Below, piece by piece: positions 54,975-64,000 of a DNA stretch of 64,000 bases. The stretch lies in the NCBI GenBank assembly GCA_028534125.1, contig CM052816.1:31064001-31128000 (forward strand). The letters run 5' to 3'. Source of the stretch: Lama glama (Eukaryota). Numbering within the stretch: position 1 is the stretch's first letter; each line of letters starts with the position of its first letter. Under the pieces are notes generated by a model. It saw nothing but the letters and a program-made list of their open reading frames with translations. It searched no databases and was not told where the DNA came from. A program made the translations under genes and the position numbers.

Positions 54975-57345
54975 GAGGAGTGGCCAAGATGGCTGAACAG
55001 GAAAAACTTCAGCTCACCTCCTCCCACAGTCAACTAAAATTACTACTACTTACAGAGCAACTATCAATGAGAATAATTTGAAGATTAGCAGGAAAGGTCT
55101 TCTACAACTAAACATAAAGACGGAGCAACGAGATGGGTAGGAGCAGTGGAGACGCAGTACAGTCAGGCCCCATCCCCCACCCCCGGGGTACGCGACCCGC
55201 AAACGAGAGGAGAATCTCAATTTCAGAGGTTCTCTCCGGGAACTGAGGAGTCCAAGCCCCACACTGGACTTCCTAGCCCAGGGGTCCTGCACTGGGAAGA
55301 TGAGCCCCCAGGACATTTGGCTTTGAAGGCCAGAGGGCTTACTTCTGGGAGAGCCAAAGGGCTATGGGAAATGGAGACTCCACACAAAATGTCACTCTCC
55401 AGGACCCAGGGCAGGAGAGGTATTTTGAAAGGAGCCTCAGTCAGACCCACTTGCTAATCTTAGCCTCCAGGAGAGGCAGGAGGCAAATGGGACTCACCCT
55501 GGAGGCACCCAAACACTGGCGGCAGCCATTTGTAGGAGCTCATCCATCGGCGCGGACACCGGTGCCGGCGAGCGCCATTTCCGAATCCTCCCCCCCCCCC
55601 GCCCCCGCCAGCCCATTGGTGCTGGGGCTTGGCCCCGCCCACCAGCCGGTGCGCACCAGACCTGGAATGCCCCGGGCCGTACAGCTCGCAGGTCAGGGAC
55701 ACAGCCCCACCCGTTAGCGGGCAGGTTGCTGAAGGGCTCCCTGAACCCCTAGCCATGCCAGGACTCAGCCCCAACCTCCAGAGGGCTGGCACTAGCCTCC
55801 GGGACCCATGAAGCCCCACAGCTAGAGACTCCAGGACCTGGATTTGCCCGTCAGTGGGCCGGCATTAGACCTGGGACCTGGCCTCAACCACCAGTGGGTA
55901 GAAATCAGCTTAGGGACCTTCTGGGCTCATGGCCCCACACATGAGTGGGCAGACACAAGCTCCAGGCCCACTGAGGCCCCACAGCCAGCTGTGTCAAGAC
56001 CTGGCCCCTACACCAGCAGGCCGGCACCACTTCATGATGTCTTGGGCCACAGCCCCACCCAACAGCAGGCTGACACCAGTTCTGGGACACTCTAGACCCT
56101 GCAAGCACAGCCCCTCCCACAAGCAGACTGAACTGGCTCCAGGAACTCTGACCCAGCAGCCAGCTACCCTAGGACCTGGATCCACCCACCAGTGGGCTGA
56201 CACTAGAACTCAGACTCCCCTGGCCACACAGCCAACCATATCAGGACCCAGCCCCCCCAACCAGTGGCTGGCAGCCTCCATACAAGGCAGAGCCAAGCAT
56301 CCAACCGAGGGCCAGCCATGCCTACCACTGCACCCACAGTCATTACCCTCCCACAACAGAAGGATCCATGCAGCCCACACAGAGGGCACACCTAGTGCAT
56401 AAAGCACTGGTGACCAGAGGTGAGTGAGCTACTGGGCCCCATAGGATGTTTCCTACACAAGGGGTACTTCTCCAAGATCAAGAAACGTAATCAACCTTCT
56501 AAATACATAAGAATAAAAATAACAGTGGGGGAGGGTACAGCTCAGTGGTAGAGCACATGCTTAGCATGCATGAGGTCCTGGGTTCAATCCCCACTACCTC
56601 TGTTAAAAAAATAATCAATCAATCAAATTACCCACCCCCACCAAACAATAAATAAATAAAGACAACAAATTGTGCAAAATGAGGCAACAGAGGAATATGT
56701 TCCAAATAAAGGAATGAGATAAAGCCCCCAAGGAAGAACTAAGTGAAGTGGAGGTAAGTCATGTAACGGATAGAGACCTGAAGGTAATGATCATAATGAC
56801 GTTCAAAGAACTCAGGAGAAGAATGAATGAACACAATGAGAAATTGAACAAAGAGTTAGAAAATATAAAGAAGAATCAAACAGAGCTGAAGAATACAATT
56901 ACTGGAATAGAAAATACACTAGAAGGAATCAATACTAAATTAGATGATACAACAGATTGGTTCAGTAAACTCAAAGACAGAGCAGTGGAAATCACTCAAA
57001 ACTGAACAGAAAAAAGGAAAAATAATTTTAAAAAATGGGGACAGCTTAAAAGACCTCTGGGACAACATCAGGCATACTAACATTCACACTATAGGGATCC
57101 CAGAAGGAGCGAGAGGAAGGAGCAGAGAACATATTTGAAGACATAATAGCTGAAAACTTCTTGAACCAGAAGAAATAGACGTTTAAGTCCAGGAAGCACA
57201 AGGAGTCACACAAAAGATCAACCCAAAAAGGACCAAACTAAGACACACTGTAGTTAAAATGGCAAAAACTAAAGATAAAGAAAGAATATTAAGGAAGAAG
57301 TAAAACTGTCACTGTTTGCAGATGATATGATACTACATACAGAAC
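54975..57345 (+). mobile_element. L1 5'UTR plus partial ORF1 joined to a short RT fragment
   Basis: Begins ggagtggccaagatggc (typical L1 5' end). GC-rich, internally repetitive UTR; ORF1 coiled-coil peptide KELENIKKNQTELKNTITGIENTLEGIN and LKDLWDNIRHTNI; then EEVKLSLFADDMILHTE. Confidence 0.88.
56527..56655 (+). mobile_element. tRNA-derived SINE (Vic-1-like, camelid) inserted in the L1 5'UTR
   Basis: ggggagggtacagctcagtggtagagc (A box) ... gggttcaatccc (B box), followed by an A-rich tail. Confidence 0.88.
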
Positions 57346-57935
57346 ATACTAAGAAAGTATAAGGTACAATACAATAAAGTGTAATGCTTACCTGGAGTAA
57401 CCAGCTTCATCCAAATAAGAAAAGATGAACATTATTCAAAATTCTTGTTCATAGTTAATAGGAAGTAGTATTAACCAAATATTTGGACATTTGATTTTGG
57501 ATAAACACTTTCGGTACTGTTTAATTACAATGGAAGCGAAGCTATAGCAGGACTTTAATTGTTGACCAATGGTCTAAGGAGCCCAGTGTGCTCCGTTGGT
57601 AGAATCAGCACTTGGCATCACCTAGTAACAGGCATCAGAGGTGCTGGGTGCTCCGAGTGTCAGCCTCCAAGTGCACTTGGTGGAATGAGAGCACAGGAGG
57701 GTGGGATGATCAAAAAGAGGGGACCGGGACAGCCAGGCAGAAGGAAGGTAGAGGTTACTGGAAAGGGAGAAAGAAGACAGGGGAGCCCAAAGGAGAGGGA
57801 GGGGAAAGCAGCTGAGAGGACACGTGACATGGCTTTCTAAAGATAAGACTGAGTGGAGGAAATACAGGAAACACAGAACAAACGTGTAAAACACAGGAAG
57901 AAATCACACATAGCCATTTGAAGACATGGGGCTAT

Positions 57936-57941
57936 TTTATT
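57936..57941 (-). terminator. Candidate LVRN poly(A) signal AATAAA (an alternative lies at about 58273)
   Basis: Minus-strand AATAAA about 1.45 kb past the stop; position-based only. Confidence 0.3.
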
Positions 57942-59381
57942 GCTTAAATTTTAAATTGCCAAATTTAAAGAAAAATCTCTCTGACCTATGATCAAAGGTC
58001 AAGTCTGAACAGACTATGCTTTGATTTGTCCTCATGGCCAAGTCCCATGGCCTCCCAGCCCCACTCAGGGAGTATCTTCTTGTGAAGTGAATATGAAAGT
58101 GAGCTTTTGTATTGCATTTTCATTTGTGGCTGCATTAACTTACACAAGAAAGGGGGGGGGAGCGTTAGTCATATTATTGCCTTGAGTTTATATAACATAT
58201 TTAAAGGCTTTTAACTGATATATTCCTTAAGCTTTACAATTTTACTTTGAGGTAGATAGGAGATCTGTAGTTTTTATTTCCATTCTATAAAAGCAAAATC
58301 AAAATTAAAACAAGAATTTAATTGTAAACACACAAAATCGAGTTGGATGATTTGCCTTAGCTGTCCTGATTAATTCAGGGGTAACAAAACTGAGCTAATT
58401 CCACACATTGTGATTGATGAAAAGGTTTAACGTTGTCCAAACTACAAGCAGCTTCAATCTGGCCAAATGAAACCACATTTCGAACTTAATGCCCTGAGTG
58501 CAAAGCTGTAAAGATCATGCTCTGGTTAGTCTTTTAGTTCTATTTCTATTTGACCATTTCCATTTGCATTGGAAATTAGCCCATAATTGCTATTGTCTGT
58601 TGACATCATTATTTTTGCTGCTAAACTTTGGCTGAAAGAGTGTCCACCCACAGGTGAACTGCATAGTCAAGAGCTTTTAGGGCACAGCCTTGCTCTCCAT
58701 CTGACCTCTGCAGCAGTGACCCTAAGGGCACTTCGTGGATCCTACAGTCCTGGGCCTTTCTGTGACACCTTAAAGTTCAGTAGCCAGTAAAGTGTGGCAC
58801 ATAGAAGTAGGCACTGGGGAGAGGTGGGTGGGAAAGGAGAAGACACATTTCTTACCTTTGGGGCACTTAACATGGCTCATACAATTGTCTGTGTCTTCTT
58901 TTTCAAACTTGCATGTCTTTGGCTTTTCTGTCTTCTAGCGATTGCTGTTTTTCTAGTCTCTGTTTCTTTATACTGTTGTGTTATTTGTACATTACTCTTT
59001 TAAATAAATCCTAGAGTATTGCAAATCGGTATTTCCCTCAGAAAAGAATGTGCTTATTTAGCCAATGATGTAATATTCCACTGGCCTTCACAACAGAATA
59101 AGCAAGGCTTTCTAAGGTAAATTTGTTTTTACAAGGCATTTAAAGTAAATTATGTGGTTTATAGCCCAACGTGAAGCAAAATCTCCCCCAGAAATGCAGC
59201 AATGTTGGCAAAATCCTCAGCCATCACTCAGCCTCCCCCTCTCACCCAGAGAGTGCCTCAGAGCCAAGTGTGACAACATGGGAAGAACAGGACTCTGAGT
59301 AGTAAATGTGACTGAAATACAATCACAAAACGTGTGCTTTTCCAGACTCACAGGGGATTGGTGGATAACACTGTGAGCACA

Positions 59382-59561
59382 TTATAATACGCCAGAGGAG
59401 TGCCGAGAGTCCCCGCTGAGTTCGGTGTTTTTCCGGAGCCACGCAGCTATCCTGGCATTTCGCTCTTTGCTTTTCAGATTGTCCTTCTTTATTGTCTGTA
59501 ATTGGGCGTGAACTGTGAGTCTCTGGTGCTCCTCCAACATATGACTACAAAACTGCTGCAG
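59382..59561 (-). CDS. LVRN: LVRN last coding exon (LQQFCSHMLEEHQRLTVHAQLQTIKKDNLKSKERNARIAAWLRKNTELSGDSRHSSGVL*)
   Basis: Polypyrimidine CAG acceptor, phase 0; M1-aminopeptidase C-terminal I..WL motif; TAA stop at 59382-59384; synteny with ARL14EPL and COMMD10. Confidence 0.92.
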   Translation of the reverse strand: MQQFCSHMLEEHQRLTVHAQLQTIKKDNLKSKERNARIAAWLRKNTELSGDSRHSSGVL

Positions 59562-59813
59562 CTGGAAGGACAAAGAGACAGCGCCATCGAACTTCTCACT
59601 CAGACACAGCAAGACAAGGTTCATGTCAATGACAGGCTCGTGCAAATGGGTGGTGACAGTTGGGATAAGTAGAAATGTGTCTATTTTACTCACCGCTCTA
59701 TTCCCCAAAGCACATAGTACGTGCTCAGTAAACATTTACTGAATGCATATTAGATATACAAGACTTGTGGACAACAATAGAGTGAGATCTATTATCTCAA
59801 AAGAAACTTTGCA

Positions 59814-59967
59814 GGGGGTGGAGGGGAGGGTGGACTATAGCTCAGTAGTAGCATGCTGGAGATCCTGGGTTCAATCACCAGTACCTCTATTTAAAAAAAA
59901 AAGAAAGAAAAGGGAAAAAAAACTAAATAAAATAAAAAAAATTTAAATGAAAACATTGTATATATAT
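59814..59967 (+). mobile_element. tRNA-derived SINE (Vic-1-like, internally deleted) in the LVRN last intron
   Basis: A and B boxes, poly(A), and a perfect 15-bp TSD aaaagaaactttgca at 59799-59813 and 59968-59982. Confidence 0.9.
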
Positions 59968-60551
59968 AAAAGAAACTTTGCAACTTCCAAAGCCCAAAAC
60001 TGGTACCCAATATCCATGTCTTCACAAATGTTATCCTTTATTTTATGTTTATAGTGGATTCACCCATTGGCTGAATTCCTTCATGGAATCAGGTCAAGCA
60101 TTCAGCTACTGGAACATCTGCTGCAATATTACATACAAGCCAGACCCCAAGTGATGAATAAGTTACATTCCAAAAGTCTATTGTGCTGTCATTGGATTAG
60201 AACTCAGAATACATATTACCATAAAATGATAGTGTACCCTACCGTCCCATGAAAGGTCACTTAAACCCTAATGTACTTGAAATTAAGTAGTAATAGGGCT
60301 GGCAAGCCTAACAACAATGCAAAAGAAAATTCTGCGAATTCTGCAATTCTGCGAAAAAGTAGGTTAAGGAACTAGGAACAAACCTCCCACGCTCTCCCAC
60401 ACCTGCCAGGCAGTGCGAGCCACAGGTCAGCCGCACCATTCTGGTCGTGTGCCCACGATCGTGTACCTACCGTGGGTGGGAGGGGAGCGCTGGTTTGTGG
60501 GACTGTGGGTGGGGCTTCACGAGTGCTTGAGAGCATGAGTGAAGCCAGGCT

Positions 60552-60565
60552 CCAGCAGGGGGCAG
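60552..60565 (+). promoter_or_regulatory. CTCF core motif CCAGCAGGGGGCAG in the LVRN last intron
   Basis: Full consensus match inside a small GC/CpG-rich patch (about 60390-60570). Confidence 0.55.
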
Positions 60566-60829
60566 TATAAAGAGCAGGGTAAGAGATTCGGAGACTGTCT
60601 AAAGACTGTGCTGGTGTGGAGGGAAAAGGGATTCATGTGACTCTTTTCATTTTCTTTTTTAGTAATTATTTTCGTTATTATCATGGGAACTGATACACTC
60701 TAGTAGAACTATTGGACATTAATAGTTTTTTGACAAGGATATTCACAGTAGCTAATCTACTTTTTTTCGAAGTTGCAATAATTTAACCACTGCTAAATCC
60801 ATTTTTTCATTTAAAAATTTAAAAAAAAA

Positions 60830-60918
60830 TTTTTTTATTGTATTTATGTTTTAATTGGAGATACTGAGGATTGAACATAGGATTTCGTGCATGCTAAGCA
60901 TGTGCTCTACCACTGAGC
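60830..60918 (-). mobile_element. tRNA-derived SINE (Vic-1-like), 5'-truncated
   Basis: Reverse complement GCTCAGTGGTAGAGCACATGCTTAGCATGCACGA ... GTTCAATCCTCAGTATCTCC plus an A-rich tail. Confidence 0.85.
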
Positions 60919-61414
60919 ATTTTTGCATTTTTTTAATGAACTATCAGTGAGTATAAAGTTTTGGAACTTTGAGGATTGCTTAAGTCATACAAACTTCATT
61001 CATTCATTAAACACCAACAATAAAACTTTACTGGGTTCTGTAGGGACAAAGATGAACTATTGTACTTTTGAAGATATCAACACAAACTCAATTTTGATCC
61101 TTGGAGCTTTTGTTCTGACAGTTTTGGGTGTGCCCCTCACTCTGTCCAGGGAATCCCTGATAAAAACCCAAATAAAGGTAATTCTTTCAGGAATTTCCAG
61201 TTCTTTGTCCGTCTCATAGTAACAGCTCCATAACTGTTTCCCCTTTTTTTTGCTAAGGTCAAATTTCAGGCATTTACCACCTAAACATCTATTTGTTTAC
61301 TTGCTGGGGTTGGGGAGTTGATTTTCTGTTCTTATTACACAGGCCATTTCTGATCTTATTAATATAGTTCTAGGCCCTGGTGTTTCATTTTCACTCATGT
61401 AATTTTCTTAAAAA

Positions 61415-62110
61415 TTTTAATCAACATCAGCAAGACATAATCAGGTATAACTAACTGTATCCACTTAAAGTGTACAAGTCAGTGAGTTTTGACCACTGTA
61501 TACGCCTGGAAAACCACAGCCACAATCAAGAAACAGGGTATTTCCATCACCCACAAAAAGTTCTTCAGGCCCTTTTGCAGTTCATCCCTCCCTCTGTCCC
61601 CCCAACCACTGACCTGCCTCTTGTCACTATAGATTAATTTGCATTTCCTAGAATGCGTCCATTTTCTTTTATTCATCAGAACTATCTTGAGATTCATCCA
61701 TGTTGCTATACGAACCTGTGCCTCTTTTTTTTTTTTTTTTAATTGCAGGGTAGTAGTCCCTGTGTGGATATATTACATTTTCCTTATCCATTCACCAGCT
61801 GATGGACATTTGGATGGTTTCCAGTTCTCGCTAATGTGAATAAAGTTGCTATGAACACTCAAGCACAAGTCTTTGTGTGGATGTAGGTTTTCATTTCTCT
61901 TGAGTAAAAACTTAAAAAATAGACTCATTAGGTCCTATGTGTCTAGCGTTAAAAAAACCCAACCGACCAACCTGCCTATGTCCAAAAGTGGTTGTACCAC
62001 TTTACATTCCCACCAGCAGGATAAGAGAGTCCCAGTTTCTTTCCGTCTTGGCCAGTGTTTGGTATTGTAATCTTTCTAATTTTACCCATGCCACTGGGTG
62101 TGTAGAGGTT
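61415..62110 (-). mobile_element. Old L1 3' end (L1MB/MC-like), in the LVRN last intron
   Basis: ttaaagtgtaca ... gagattcatccatgttg ... tgatggacatttggatggtttccag ... ttacattcccaccagcag. Confidence 0.8.
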
Positions 62111-63358
62111 ACATTTGTATTTATTCTTGTTTTACTTTGTGTGTGGCTTTTTTGCAGACATTTGCTCTTGCCTCAGTCTAATTTCTGGTTATACGATCCT
62201 TCTTTCCTTTCCAGAACTATCCCTCCCCTATTCCCGGTGCCTGTGGTTTGCATGGGGCGGGCACACGACTCAGGCCAGGCCAATCAGAGTTCGTCAGTTC
62301 TCCTGGACACGGTGATTGGTGCATGTGACTCAAGTCGAACCAGTCAGAGTCCTGTCTTCAGGTCCGGAAGTTGAGGCTGGGTGAGAAGGGGTTCCTCCCT
62401 CGGCCTCTGAGGGTGCTAAGGGTCACACAAGCCTGCGGCTGTGCTTAGCTTGACGTGGAGAAAGCCTGCCGAAGAGGAAGTTCAGCCTGAAGAAAGCAAA
62501 GCCTAGAAATGGCGAACCCCAGGTGAGGTTCTCGAAGAGACATGTGACTAAATTATGGTGTCGGTCCTCGGGGAGCTCATTACAGACTCAGAGCACAGAC
62601 ATATTCACACAGTGATTACAGCATAAAGTGGTCGGCGCTATGATAAAGCTCTTCACAGGATGATTTGGGAGCATGGAGGAGGAGAGTGTGTAAGTCAGTT
62701 AATCAAAACATTCCTAGAATACGTGGTAGGAGCAAGGTCTTGAAGGATGATGAGGAATTTTCCAGGCAAGGACAGGCAGGAGGTGGACACCCGAGATAGG
62801 AGGTAGAGAGTTTCTGAAATCTGGAGAATGTGCAATAACACGATAACTTAGGAAATTCTGTAAGTGGCACAGTATAGCTAGAGGAAGAGTGTGCCTGTCT
62901 CTCTTACTGTCTGACAGCTGGTTGTGAAGTGGGCACAAGTGAAGCTAGGGAGTAAGGCAAGGGCGGATTATGAAGGGGCTCATGTGCCGAGGAAAAGATT
63001 TTTAAATTTCTTCTAAAAACAATGAGTTATGGAAGCTTTGGGGGCAAGGCAATGACCAACAGCAAAGAGAGGAATGGGATGAAGGGAAGACCAGCCTGGG
63101 CCAGGGACCTGGGGCCATAGTCTCCTGCAGTGATTTAGGTGAGAAAGGGTGAAGTCCAACCCTCCATGAACCAGAATGGCCTCTATTTCAGGAGCAAGAT
63201 AGAATGAAGAAACATTTCCTGCACAGTGATAATAGCACCAGTGGAGCCCAGAATGTAACAATTCAGATGAGCATATTGTTTTTAATTTTAGCAAATTGAA
63301 TTACATAAAAAATGGCTTCTAAATTACCATTATAATTCACAATATCTGTAGTACTTAC

Positions 63359-63434
63359 CTCTGTGATCTGTAAATCTGTGCTTATGGTTCTTCCTATTAC
63401 ATATACTAGAGAAACCAACAACTTTGTTCCATAC
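63359..63434 (-). CDS. LVRN: LVRN penultimate exon (1 nt + YGTKLLVSLVYVIGRTISTDLQITE)
   Basis: TAG acceptor, GTAAGT donor, 76 nt; similar to remembered human laeverin RYGTQSLINLIYTIGRTVTTDLQIVE. Confidence 0.9.
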
Positions 63435-64000
63435 CTACAAAGCAACAAGATGCTAATCAGGGGTGGGAAATGTTTTGCAAGATAAAGCCACACAGCAGAT
63501 AAATGCTGAGTACACAGTCCCTATTATTCCTTCCTCCCAAATCTAAGCAAAATCACTTACGAACTAGATTAGTTTCATCTTTTAATAGAAAAATCTTTTC
63601 TGTAGAAAAGCCTATTAGCGCAAAGAAATATTTGTAGTTACTGATCTGTGTAACACATAGTTCTAAAAGTTTCATTTAAATGTAAAAAGTTCTTAAAACA
63701 GTAACAACTTTTTAAAATCTTTTTACGTGAGATAGTTAGAATAGATGTCACATACCCCAGATTAAGAACATTATAAGAGAATAAGTAAATATTCAAAGTA
63801 TGCCCCTTAAAAAATGCAGTTAATAGACAACCAATTTCAGAAACTCTAAAATACTCTTAAAGCTTATTTGAAATTTTGTATTTGTATATGCTTTTTGGAA
63901 AGAGGATCCATGTCTTCAGAGATTCTCAAAATGTTGGTGCTCCCTGAAGGCTGAGTACTCTGACCTTCTTTAAGCGCCCTCAAATGGGTACGGTAACTGA

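Noticed and set aside
55364..56402. Pro-rich ORFs of 117-157 aa and recurring ccaccagtggg motifs suggestive of an array
   Set aside because: Internal degenerate repeats of the L1 5'UTR; irregular spacing, no cas genes and a eukaryotic context, so not CRISPR.
56527..56600. tRNA-like sequences (also at 59823 and 60856)
   Set aside because: A-rich tails, a TSD on the 59814 copy and no proper acceptor stem: these are SINEs, not tRNA genes.

Overview
This is mammalian genomic DNA, not prokaryotic. It is probably camelid, judging from Vic-1-like tRNA-derived SINEs and cetartiodactyl-type L1 3' ends. Three minus-strand spliced genes appear in the order known from human 5q23: the last two exons of LVRN (laeverin/aminopeptidase Q, 63434-59382), the complete 152-aa CDS of ARL14EPL (three coding exons, 37017-32209) and coding exons 1-4 of COMMD10 (18697-11440; the remaining exons lie left of the window), with its CpG-island promoter. 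Exons were found by hand from GT/AG sites and reading-frame continuity. Most of the rest is L1, LTR/ERVL, SINE, MIR and DNA-transposon debris, plus a 500-N gap. I see no evidence for a new multi-gene system. The best oddities are: an extreme GC3/CpG shift confined to the last ARL14EPL exon; an apparent stop-loss extension of LVRN; a (GGC)10 tract just upstream of the COMMD10 ATG; a tailless U2 snRNA retrocopy; a diverged duplication with a near-perfect hairpin at its edge; and a rearranged L1. All comparisons to human proteins and repeat consensuses come from memory, not from a database search.
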